From positions 1 through 48,075 of the forward strand of contig JAVXNL010000004.1 in assembly GCA_036645795.1 (NCBI GenBank): DNA of 48,075 nucleotides. The letters run 5' to 3'. The stretch's first letter is position 1. Each line of letters starts with the position of its first letter. The stretch is from Clostridia bacterium (lineage in GTDB: Bacteria; Bacillota; Clostridia; TANB77; CAG-465). The notes under the pieces were generated by a model. It ran no database searches and had not been told where the DNA came from. It saw only the letters and a list, made by a program, of their open reading frames with translations. Made by a program: the position numbers and the translations under genes. Positions 27,979 to 36,577 of the stretch are shown here, one piece after another.

Positions 27979-29175
27979 TTATGGATTACATATTGGACAA
28001 GGATAAAATCCTTTTATTGTTGTAGTAACTTTAGCTTTATCATTACCAGTTGTTAGTGAAGCTTCTGCTAAAGCTGCTGCCGCTTGTTTAGATGTTGTAT
28101 ATCTTGGTGATATACCCTCATGTATAGAAAGACTATACTCTGGACAATTTACATCCTTATGATATAAATTAGTTTTAAATTTAGAATTACCACTAGGAGC
28201 TGTCAAATAAAATCTTGTAACTAAATCAAGTTTTGACAAGCCATAAGCTTTTGAGTTTAAATATTTATTTCCAACTGATAGCCCTTGTACAAATGCCATC
28301 ATTCCAATATTGTCTATACTTGAGTTTATATCAGCTGTAGTTGTTGGTGGAAATGAGAAATTATAACTAATTCCTGCAGATTTTGCATATGAATTATTTG
28401 CATTTACTGCATATCCCATTTCTGCTATAACCGAATCTGCTATGACAACCTGTCTTTTTTGATTCAAATTATTTACTATAGTAGTTGCAATTCCTGCATC
28501 ATTATCGTATAAATCTTTGTTATTTATACTGTCTCCAATATAAAAAGACTTAACTTGATAACTTTCTTTTCTACCACCATTTCCATAATACATACCTCTA
28601 TGTACTATATAATCATCTAATGAAAAATCAATTGTATGTGTAGAAACAATATTATTTCCTGTTAAAACGCCTTCTTCTATAGTTTTATTACTACCATCTT
28701 TTTTTATAGAATACGAGTATGTATAGTATCTTTTTGGTTTTAAAGCATGTTGCATTAAATCATTACCACTATTATCTTTAAAAGTCTCTATTGATGATAC
28801 CTGTACCCCATTATAGTCAATTATTGCAATTGCTGGGATGAACATTTGCAAATAATGCTCTGCATTTGCATTTCCTTTTATGCCAAGATTATTATATAAC
28901 GAATTTAAAAATGTATCTACTGCTACTTGTGCATTTACACTTACTTTTTTATCTGTAGAACCAGAATATCCATAATCTATATCTTGATCAGAGTTTTCTA
29001 CTTCTTTCATTTGGTTTGCTGCGTCTTGAGCTGCTGAATTTATTATTTTATTATAATACATTTCTTGCTCTTGTGCTTTTATTGTAAAAGATACATTTAC
29101 ATACACTGTTATAATCATTGGGAGTATTACTCCTATAAATATTAGTGCAAAGTCAGTTAATTTCAAATTTTTCAC
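27979..29175 (-). CDS. TadE/TadG-like pseudopilin-type protein with a C-terminal Ada-like zinc-binding motif
   Basis: The N-terminus KLTDFALIFIGVILPMIITVYVNVSF resembles the TadE N-terminal hydrophobic segment. The C-terminus LYHKDVNCPEY...(~45 aa)...GFYPCPICNP matches the pattern YH....C ... G(F/Y)xPCxxCxP. The start may be the TTG at 29166 (SD GGGGTGA) rather than the GTG at 29175. Confidence 0.55.
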   Translation of the reverse strand: MKNLKLTDFALIFIGVILPMIITVYVNVSFTIKAQEQEMYYNKIINSAAQDAANQMKEVENSDQDIDYGYSGSTDKKVSVNAQVAVDTFLNSLYNNLGIKGNANAEHYLQMFIPAIAIIDYNGVQVSSIETFKDNSGNDLMQHALKPKRYYTYSYSIKKDGSNKTIEEGVLTGNNIVSTHTIDFSLDDYIVHRGMYYGNGGRKESYQVKSFYIGDSINNKDLYDNDAGIATTIVNNLNQKRQVVIADSVIAEMGYAVNANNSYAKSAGISYNFSFPPTTTADINSSIDNIGMMAFVQGLSVGNKYLNSKAYGLSKLDLVTRFYLTAPSGNSKFKTNLYHKDVNCPEYSLSIHEGISPRYTTSKQAAAALAEASLTTGNDKAKVTTTIKGFYPCPICNP

Positions 29176-29238
29176 CCCTTTACTAATTACATTTTATTCT
29201 GCTTTTTATATTTTTAAATTATTATTTCCAAAATCAAT

Positions 29239-29634
29239 TTAAGGACCTACGTAAGTGATTTTTGCATATCCACTTCCATATCTTAGACCACTTTTAGTTT
29301 GAGTATTACTAAGTGTGTATGTAGAATGTCCACCAACATAGCCTGAACCGCCAGCGCCTCCACTATTAAATGAAACTCCTGCGCATCCGCCCCAGTAGCC
29401 GCCACCGCCGCCACCTATATCTGTAGCTTCAGTAACATTTTGGCCATAAAATACTGAATTTCCACTATTTTGAGTTCCAGGCTTTATACGGTCATCTAAA
29501 CCAATCAGTTCCCAAGGGTTATATGTAGTTCCTCTTTCACCAGATAGGCCACCACCGTCTCCACCAGAACCATCATCAATTTCACCTGCATTTTCTCCGC
29601 GTAATATTATCAGAACCACCGCCGCCGCCAGCAA
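29239..29634 (-). CDS. 3' fragment (glycine-rich domain continuation) of a frame-interrupted TadE-like gene
   Basis: This ORF has no SD or signal of its own. Its sequence GSGGDGGGLSGERG...GGGGGGYWGGCAGVSFNSGGAGGSGYVGG continues the glycine-rich domain that begins in 29582-31309. Confidence 0.65.
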   Translation of the reverse strand: MLAAAVVLIILRGENAGEIDDGSGGDGGGLSGERGTTYNPWELIGLDDRIKPGTQNSGNSVFYGQNVTEATDIGGGGGGYWGGCAGVSFNSGGAGGSGYVGGHSTYTLSNTQTKSGLRYGSGYAKITYVGP

Positions 29635-31309
29635 CTATTAGTCTATTATTTATACTGTTTCCAAGTATTCTAATATCAGTTCCGCCACCGCCGCCAAATC
29701 CTACATTAAAACCTGAACTTGCAGGATTCTTATTGCCATTTCCGCCACCGTTATATCCACCTTTACTCCAATTAGAAGCCTCAGGAGTTCCTCCTGTATA
29801 CACATACAACAAATCGCCTTCATTTAATTTAGTATTTCCTGATGAGTATCCACCTTTTCCAGCTCTACTGCCTTTTCTTTCATCTCTTTCGCCGCCGCCA
29901 GATGCACCCCAAACCTCTAGTTTATATGTTCCAGCTTTTGCTATTTGAACTTTTTGCTCCCCTTCAACATAATCAAATGTCTGTCCTACTATATTAAAAG
30001 GAGACATATAATGAGTATTTATATCGACTGTAGGTGACAAATTACAACCAATTTCGCCAATTTTTCCTTGTATATTACTTATTTCATAATAAAATTCACC
30101 TATATCAGATGCATCGTTAATTTGTACATTTCCAGAAAATTTAGAAAGATTTGCAATATTTTTAAGTCCCTGAAGATCAGATACTTTATTTTTTCTAACA
30201 ATATAATAAATACTGTCACCTATATTAACATTTTCTGCTTTATCTAAAAGATATTTTCCAGAAACTATTTTATATGGACCTTCAATTCTCTCATCTACTA
30301 ATCCAATATCTTTTGATATATTAATAATACCAGATTCTGCATATTTATTTTTACTTGCAATTCCTTGCAATATATTAGCTGGTAGTATAAGTTTAAATCT
30401 CTTTGTTGAAGCGCCTGGTGAATTTATATCAAAGTACTTATCTAAATCACTTTTTTCAAAATTAAAAGTCACTTCATATTTTATAGTTTTAGTATGCTTT
30501 TCTTCATTTGTAACACTACTTATAAAGGTTGTCCTAGTAGGAGATGTTTTTTTACCAGAAAGTGTAGTTGAATCTTTAACCTCAGCTAACTGTAAATTTG
30601 CTATTAGCTTATCACTTAAGTTTTTCTCTTCGTTTATGTCTAAATTTATTACCTCAGCCATAAAAGTTATCTTTGTATCTTCTGGAAATTTATACGCTTG
30701 TTTAACCTCTGTTAACTTTACTGCTATATCATCTTTAAATAAATTACTAGTAAGTGTTGTTTCCCAAGTATTATTTTTTACAATTCCACCATAATCTACG
30801 ACAATTCTTTCTTTTTGAGAAGCTGGCGCTATAAGTTGGAATACTGAACCGGCCATTGTCATACTACTATTTTTTAGTTTTACATATAGTTGATCACCTT
30901 TATTTAAAAAATACACATCATTTTTTAATTTTTTACGATTTAGAGATGATGTTTTATCATTTCCTTTAGAATAATTAGCGCCTTCAAATATATCTTCATT
31001 ATAGTCTACTTCAAACTGCTCATTATACTCTGCTGCATTTAAAGTATCTTTTGTAAATATTTTCTTATGTGCCTCTATCTGTATATCATATATATTACCG
31101 GTTGCAGATATTTGATCAATATATTTTTCATAATTGGCCTTGTCTAAATATCCAGTATTTAAAACTTCATCTACAAAATTAGTTGTAGCTTTTAGAGCAA
31201 GATTATATGACATGTTATCTTGTCTTTCAAAATAATTATAAAGTGGAAATATAATTATTAACAATACAAATACAATCATTGTTATTACTACACTTAAATT
31301 ATCTTTCAT
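29582..31309 (-). CDS. Large TadE-like pseudopilin with a C-terminal ALK/LTK-type glycine-rich domain (5' fragment of an interrupted gene)
   Basis: The N-terminus MKDNLSVVITMIVFVLLIIIFPLYNYFERQDNMSYNLALKATTNFVDEV is paralogous to the 32284-33432 N-terminus. The C-terminus TYKLEVWGASGGG...GKGGYSSG...LYVYTGG...GGGGGTDIRI...RLIVAGGGGGS is the typical Gly_rich pattern (PF12810-like). Confidence 0.7.
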   Translation of the reverse strand: MKDNLSVVITMIVFVLLIIIFPLYNYFERQDNMSYNLALKATTNFVDEVLNTGYLDKANYEKYIDQISATGNIYDIQIEAHKKIFTKDTLNAAEYNEQFEVDYNEDIFEGANYSKGNDKTSSLNRKKLKNDVYFLNKGDQLYVKLKNSSMTMAGSVFQLIAPASQKERIVVDYGGIVKNNTWETTLTSNLFKDDIAVKLTEVKQAYKFPEDTKITFMAEVINLDINEEKNLSDKLIANLQLAEVKDSTTLSGKKTSPTRTTFISSVTNEEKHTKTIKYEVTFNFEKSDLDKYFDINSPGASTKRFKLILPANILQGIASKNKYAESGIINISKDIGLVDERIEGPYKIVSGKYLLDKAENVNIGDSIYYIVRKNKVSDLQGLKNIANLSKFSGNVQINDASDIGEFYYEISNIQGKIGEIGCNLSPTVDINTHYMSPFNIVGQTFDYVEGEQKVQIAKAGTYKLEVWGASGGGERDERKGSRAGKGGYSSGNTKLNEGDLLYVYTGGTPEASNWSKGGYNGGGNGNKNPASSGFNVGFGGGGGTDIRILGNSINNRLIVAGGGGGSDNITRRKCR

Positions 31310-31401
31310 AAAATTATATTCCCCCTCAATTTTTAGATATTATTACTATTTTTTTACATCTACTAGCTTTTAATTTTCTTAACTTTTATATAAAGTTTGT
31401 A

Positions 31402-31845
31402 TTAAGACTTAGGTGTTATTGTTACCCTTGCAATTTTTTTGCCTTTCGCATCTACGTTTTCTGATTCATATCTTAAAACATACTCTCCTGTACCAATTGC
31501 ATCTTTTGCTTGTTCATAATTTAATGTTGAAGCTAAAGCACCATGTCTACCAGTTATGGTTAAATTATATCTATTTGTCATATTATCTGCCGAAGAAACA
31601 GAGTACATATCTTTTTGAACATAATTAAAATAGTATGAAATTACTTCAGATGGACTTAATGTTATTACATTATCTACTGGTATATTTTCAATTATTGCTT
31701 TATCTGATTTCACATTACCAAATTCATATGCTTTCTCAGCCAATGTTCCAACTGATGTAAATAAATATATAGTTCCTGTAAGTGCTATTATAAATATAAA
31801 AATATATACCCCTGTGTATATTGATTCATAAGACGAATCTTCCAT
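31402..31845 (-). CDS. Short pilin-like protein with an N-terminal hydrophobic helix (minor pilin candidate)
   Basis: 147-aa ORF with a strong SD AGGAGGTGA. The N-terminus is MEDSSYESIYTGVYIFIFIIALTGTIYLF, followed by a small globular part containing SPSEVISYYFNYV, which is similar to its neighbours. Confidence 0.55.
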   Translation of the reverse strand: MEDSSYESIYTGVYIFIFIIALTGTIYLFTSVGTLAEKAYEFGNVKSDKAIIENIPVDNVITLSPSEVISYYFNYVQKDMYSVSSADNMTNRYNLTITGRHGALASTLNYEQAKDAIGTGEYVLRYESENVDAKGKKIARVTITPKS

Positions 31846-31874
31846 AACTTCACCTCCTTTTTATTTATGTATTA

Positions 31875-32264
31875 CTATCTTGAAAAGTTAATTCTAGTCA
31901 TATCTTTTTGTCTTACTACTGTTGCGTTATATGTTGCAACTAAAGCGCCTGCGTTTTTTTGACCATTAACCTCAGCTTGCATTTTATCAATTGCGCCTGC
32001 TCCAGAAGCTCCTGACACACTAACTACTACTCTTGTATTGCTTCTATATTTTTTTAATGCATTTAAAACTTCAACTGACGTTTTTTTAGTATTTTCATAA
32101 GCATCAAATTCATTAAACTCACCAGTTATAGAATTATGTGTTTCATATACATGTTTATATATTTTTTGTATCTGCCCCAGGCTAAAGAATATCCCAGAGG
32201 TTATAACTATCGTTACAAATATTGCTGCTGCAATTGTTATAGCTTTATTAGACATTACATCCAA
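31875..32264 (-). CDS. Short pilin-like protein (class-III-signal-like N-terminus)
   Basis: 129-aa ORF with a TTG start preceded by AGGTAGGTGAG. The N-terminus is MDVMSNKA-ITIAAAIFVTIVITSGIFF, and it has the shared downstream motif TSVEVLNALKKY. Confidence 0.6.
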   Translation of the reverse strand: MDVMSNKAITIAAAIFVTIVITSGIFFSLGQIQKIYKHVYETHNSITGEFNEFDAYENTKKTSVEVLNALKKYRSNTRVVVSVSGASGAGAIDKMQAEVNGQKNAGALVATYNATVVRQKDMTRINFSR

Positions 32265-32283
32265 GATATCTCACCTACCTTCT

Positions 32284-33432
32284 CTATCTTCCCTCAGCTA
32301 TTTTTGTTTGAATAAGCAATGCATCTACTGAACTTACAGTTCCATCTTTGTTTATATCTGCATTTTCAAAATTAATACCTGATAACGTTAAATCCCTTGC
32401 AACATGGCCTTGTACAACATATGCATCTTCATAACTTACTATTTTATCTCCATTTGCATCTCCTGGTATACGCTCTGTAGCAATCACAATGTTTAATTTA
32501 GCCTCATTTACTTTTTTTCTAAGTTCTCCTGAATCTGCTATATCTACTACTCCATCATTATTATAATCTGCTGCAATATAATTTGCTCCTGTTAAATTTA
32601 CTTTGCCTTTCAAGTAATTTTCTATAGTATTTAAATCTTTTATATCTACTAGATGATCACCGTTTGCATCTCCTTTTTGAAGAGTAGTACTAACTATTCC
32701 ACCTGTATTTTCCGTATGTTCTGCTGCAGGTGTTGTATCTATCATGTTTATAAGGTTTTCTCTGTAATCTTCATTTTCTATTGTTCCACCATAATTTATA
32801 TATACTCTTGTATTATTCCCTGTATCTACACCAAACGTTAGAGTATTAAATAATACTGTTGCAATTGTTACGTTAGTATTTTTTATTATAACGTTAAACT
32901 CATCTCCTACATTCATTGTATATGTATTTGCATCTTTATTATATATATTTGGTATAAGTGGTATATCTTTTATATTCATGCCTTTATACGAATTTATAAA
33001 ATTTTCTGCTGTTCTTCCTCCAAGTGGTTCTATTATCTCCTTTTCAGAAAATCTTTCTTCAGCTAATCCATAAGATAAAATATTTTGTGCCTCCTTCAAT
33101 CTTTCTGGATGTAAAATATAATCTGTTTTCCCAGTTATATCTGTATATGTAGTATTGTATTGATAAATTACAGGGTAATATTTTTTAGCTACATGCTCAA
33201 GCTTTACATCATATACATTCCCTGTTGCGCTTAAATTAGATACAAATTCATTATACATTTGATTTGTAATATACCCTTTACTTGTAACATTATTTACAAA
33301 ATTTGATGTTATTTTTAGAGCTAGCCCATATGATATGTCATCTTTTTTTTCAAAGGATATATATAATGGTAACATAAAAAAAATTATAACTGATATTAAA
33401 ATTGTAAATACTCTTTGTAGATTATCTTCCAT
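32284..33432 (-). CDS. TadE-like pseudopilin fused to two tandem dockerin modules
   Basis: 382-aa ORF with SD AAGGAGGG upstream. The N-terminus is NLQRVFTILISVIIFFMLPLYISFEKKDDISYGLALKITSNF. The C-terminal part has four EF-hand-like dockerin segments: GDANGDHLVDIKD, ADYNNDGVVDIAD, GDANGDKIVSYED and ADINKDGTVSSVD. Confidence 0.8.
   Translation of the reverse strand: MEDNLQRVFTILISVIIFFMLPLYISFEKKDDISYGLALKITSNFVNNVTSKGYITNQMYNEFVSNLSATGNVYDVKLEHVAKKYYPVIYQYNTTYTDITGKTDYILHPERLKEAQNILSYGLAEERFSEKEIIEPLGGRTAENFINSYKGMNIKDIPLIPNIYNKDANTYTMNVGDEFNVIIKNTNVTIATVLFNTLTFGVDTGNNTRVYINYGGTIENEDYRENLINMIDTTPAAEHTENTGGIVSTTLQKGDANGDHLVDIKDLNTIENYLKGKVNLTGANYIAADYNNDGVVDIADSGELRKKVNEAKLNIVIATERIPGDANGDKIVSYEDAYVVQGHVARDLTLSGINFENADINKDGTVSSVDALLIQTKIAEGR
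32293..32673 (-). other. Two dockerin domains (aa ~254-308 = nt 32509-32673; aa ~324-380 = nt 32293-32463)
   Basis: Each module has two D-x-N-x-D-G-x-(I/V)-(D/S)-x-x-D calcium-loop segments, each followed by a short helix (LNTIENYLKG, SGELRKKV, AYVVQGHVAR, ALLIQTKIAEG). Confidence 0.8.
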
Positions 33433-33466
33433 ATTACCCTCCTTTAATTTCTATATACTTTTACTT

Positions 33467-33865
33467 TTACTTTACAATTGTTATAACTGTTGCATTTCCT
33501 TGCCTACTTTTAGTTAGATTATAACTTTGATTTGGATATATTCCTCTTATTTCAGACTTAAAAACACTATTATCTATTCCTCCATCTAAGTTATTTATAT
33601 TAGCCTTACCGTTCATACTAACTTGAACATTATTGTTTTCTAAATAATAATATAATATATTTTTAGCCTCAGTTCCAGTTATTCTATTTTTCTCTAAAGA
33701 CTGAGCTATATTTTTGTTATATAAATCTGCTATATCTACACCAGGTCCTGCTGCTCTTACCATATCACGTGAAGCACTATAATATGTCATAACTGCAGAT
33801 ATAGTAATTATTGCTATAAATACACCAGCGCCTATAGTAATAGACCTTGTAACAACATCTTCCAT
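33467..33865 (-). CDS. Short pilin-like protein (class-III-signal-like N-terminus)
   Basis: The track ORF starts at GTG 33874, which lies inside the SD AAGGAAGGTGG. ATG 33865 has proper spacing and gives MEDVVTRS-ITIGAGVFIAIITISAVMTYY. It has the shared motif TGTEAKNILYYY. Confidence 0.6.
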   Translation of the reverse strand: MEDVVTRSITIGAGVFIAIITISAVMTYYSASRDMVRAAGPGVDIADLYNKNIAQSLEKNRITGTEAKNILYYYLENNNVQVSMNGKANINNLDGGIDNSVFKSEIRGIYPNQSYNLTKSRQGNATVITIVK

Positions 33866-34041
33866 ATATGCCACCTTCCTTATTTTACTTGAATATAAAT
33901 TTTAAAAAATACACTAAAAATATTTGATTTAACTACATTTTTAGCCATACTTTTTAAAACATATATATTAGTGCAAAAGGTACATAATCTAATTATTCCT
34001 TAAATTATATACCTTGTTGCAATAAATATTTTAAACTTTTA

Positions 34042-34446
34042 TTAATTACTTGTAAAGGTAATTCCAGTAACATTATTTCCTGTACCATTTCTTGTTAAAG
34101 TAGATGTATACAAATCCCCTGGATTTACTGTTGAAGTTAAATTACCTATTCTACCAGCACCTGTAGCAGTATTGTTAAATACTACATTATTTACAGTTAC
34201 AGTTAGATTAGGATCTGTGTAATATCTCTTTACTGCAGCTATTACCTGAGAGCCTGTTACTCTAGTATTCCCATCATAATCCGCTGTAAGTTGTGCTTGT
34301 AAACTTGATGATACATTCTCTGCCTCATCTTTACCTTTATTTAACATATCTTGTCCAAGACCTGTTATTAGCATTACTGCAGCTATTACTAAAATTGTTA
34401 TAAACAAACCTACACCAATCATAATTGCTTTTTGTGCATTATCCAT
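34042..34446 (-). CDS. Candidate major pilin of the Tad-like locus (non-Flp, class-III-signal-like N-terminus)
   Basis: 134-aa ORF, the first pilin-like gene after the platform gene, with SD AAAGGAGGGG upstream. The N-terminus is MDNAQKA-IMIGVGLFITILVIAAVMLITGLG. The body is Thr/Asn/Gly-rich. A 167-nt non-coding gap follows it. Confidence 0.6.
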   Translation of the reverse strand: MDNAQKAIMIGVGLFITILVIAAVMLITGLGQDMLNKGKDEAENVSSSLQAQLTADYDGNTRVTGSQVIAAVKRYYTDPNLTVTVNNVVFNNTATGAGRIGNLTSTVNPGDLYTSTLTRNGTGNNVTGITFTSN

Positions 34447-34518
34447 TTTTCATTTCCCCTCCTTTAAATAGACTATATATTAAACTTTTTTAAAGTTTAA
34501 ATCTTATTTGTTTTTTAG

Positions 34519-36573
34519 CTAAAAATTCATATTTGTAAAGAAAGTCATCATCTGCATAATACTTACTACCATAAGTGGTGCAACTAAGTATCCACCTATT
34601 AATATTACCATTGGAGTAAAACCTAATACTTTACCATAGCTTACTTTTTTATGTACAACTCTTTCATTTCCTTCTTTTCTTTTTTCGTAGAAAAAGCTTC
34701 TTTCTGTTTCTAATTCATCAAAAGCTTCTTTTACAGGAATCCTTTCAACTGCTGATTGCAATTGTTCTACAATTCTTGTAAAATCTTTATATGGTACTGC
34801 TTCTTTCAGCTCTTCCAAAGCTTGTTCTGCACCTGATTCATAATTGTTTAAACATGTAGCTATTGGTTCTTTAAAAGCATATGAAAATCTTCCCATCCAT
34901 TCTAGGATTGTTTGTACATCTATTCTATCAATATACATAAGCATTAATATAACTGATTGAAATTGCATTATTTCATTTTCTTTTTCCATTTCTCTTATTT
35001 TATTTTTTATAATTAAAAGTATTGATGGACAGTAATATGCAATTATACCAATTAAAAATGCTGATAATACTTGCCAGAATTTAACATATGAATTTTTAAC
35101 TGTATTTATTTTGCCATATACCCTGTCTACTGCGGTTTTATCAACCTCACCAGTATCTGGATCTACGAAATCTGTTTGTAATTGTTCTTTTGTTACATTA
35201 CTATTCTTATGAGATTCTATATAGCTTTTATCACTCTCCCTTATAGCTCTAGATGCCTCTTCTTGCTCCTCACTTAATTTACCAAATGATAAAAACTCTT
35301 GACTTACTTGTGTATATACACCTGATAAATCAATATATTGCATATTAAGTATTAATATAAAACTCAATAAAAATGCTACTACTGCTGATGTAAGTTTATT
35401 TACATATAGCCATTCTATTGTAAGGTAAGAGTTGGTATTCTTTATAAGAGCCTCTTCCTTTTTATATTTTCTAGTATGCTCTCTTGGTTTAAAAGCATCT
35501 ACTAGCATTTTAACAATTGTTACCCTATATAACTTATCTTGCCATTTTGCATTTGATACTCTGTCAAATTTTATTTCTTCAACATCTTCTTTTATTATTC
35601 TAAGCATTAAATAAGATATAAATATTGATACTATTATTATTGATTGTATCAAAAATCCAATACCACTTGCATAAAAGTTTGATAACGCCGGGAAACTTGA
35701 CTCTGCCCATGATTGCAATGGTTTTATTGCAACCAGTGGAACTACAGCTATAATATTTAAACTCCTAAACATATAGTTTATTTTATCTCTTTTTAATATT
35801 TCAAGATATATTTCACTCAAAATATTATTTAAGTTTCTAAGATAAACTGATGCTCCAGCAACTTTTCTATCACCTAAATCATATGTTAGATAAGATACTC
35901 CTGCAAATAGTTTTAAAAATCTATTTGGAGCTGTATCATAATACTTCTCTAGCTCAATTTCTGGATTATCTGCAAGAAGAGCATCTTTAATTTTTCTAAG
36001 TTGTGGTACAATTTCTTTATCTCCTAAATCATCTATTGCAGTATTAAAAGATTCATCTACCATACCATGTTCATGGAAGGCATGTCTAATACTTGTAAAT
36101 GCTTCGGGCATTTGTTTTAATATTTTCTCGGATACTGATGTTATACCAATGTCTATCATTTTTTCTGTTATTATTAATACACCTATTATAACAATAAGTG
36201 ACATATATAAATCATTAACCAAATTTAATAAAACAAATAAAGATATAAATAAAAATACTACTGCTATAAGCATTGATTTACCAGTTCTTCTTCTAAGCTC
36301 ATATTCTGTGTAATCATTTGTCATTTCCATTTTCAATCTTGTTTTTTTCGTATAATATTTTAAAACTGGCATTTTTACAAATGTAAGATAAACAACTAAA
36401 AATACTTTATCAAATCCATCTTTTACATTAAATTTATTTTTTACTACTAACTTGTCTTGAGCAAAAAGTATACTGTTTTTTTTGTATTTTTTCTTTACGC
36501 TCATATAATATATGCTTACAGCAAGTATTCCTACTATAGCAAATACTAATAAACCAATTGCTATATATAACAT
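34519..36573 (-). CDS. Polytopic inner-membrane platform protein with two T2SSF-like halves (fused TadB/TadC, GspF/PilC family)
   Basis: 684-aa ORF with multiple TM segments. It has two cytoplasmic helical regions with the T2SSF-like pattern (MPEAFTSIRHAFHEHGMVDESFNTAIDDLG... and ...IMQFQSVILMLMYIDRIDVQTILEWM...EPIATCLNNYESG). It starts 4 nt after the ATPase gene ends. Confidence 0.7.
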   Translation of the reverse strand: MLYIAIGLLVFAIVGILAVSIYYMSVKKKYKKNSILFAQDKLVVKNKFNVKDGFDKVFLVVYLTFVKMPVLKYYTKKTRLKMEMTNDYTEYELRRRTGKSMLIAVVFLFISLFVLLNLVNDLYMSLIVIIGVLIITEKMIDIGITSVSEKILKQMPEAFTSIRHAFHEHGMVDESFNTAIDDLGDKEIVPQLRKIKDALLADNPEIELEKYYDTAPNRFLKLFAGVSYLTYDLGDRKVAGASVYLRNLNNILSEIYLEILKRDKINYMFRSLNIIAVVPLVAIKPLQSWAESSFPALSNFYASGIGFLIQSIIIVSIFISYLMLRIIKEDVEEIKFDRVSNAKWQDKLYRVTIVKMLVDAFKPREHTRKYKKEEALIKNTNSYLTIEWLYVNKLTSAVVAFLLSFILILNMQYIDLSGVYTQVSQEFLSFGKLSEEQEEASRAIRESDKSYIESHKNSNVTKEQLQTDFVDPDTGEVDKTAVDRVYGKINTVKNSYVKFWQVLSAFLIGIIAYYCPSILLIIKNKIREMEKENEIMQFQSVILMLMYIDRIDVQTILEWMGRFSYAFKEPIATCLNNYESGAEQALEELKEAVPYKDFTRIVEQLQSAVERIPVKEAFDELETERSFFYEKRKEGNERVVHKKVSYGKVLGFTPMVILIGGYLVAPLMVVSIMQMMTFFTNMNF

Positions 36574-36577
36574 CCTA

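Noticed and set aside
33875-34041. A small Flp-type prepilin gene or a terminator hidden in the 167-nt gap after the candidate major pilin
   Set aside because: The only minus-strand ATG ORFs here are 22 codons or shorter, have no SD and have no G/xxxxEY-like leader. The imperfect 10-bp stem (gcaaaaggta / taccttgttgc, with one bulge) has a ~25-nt loop and no U-tract.
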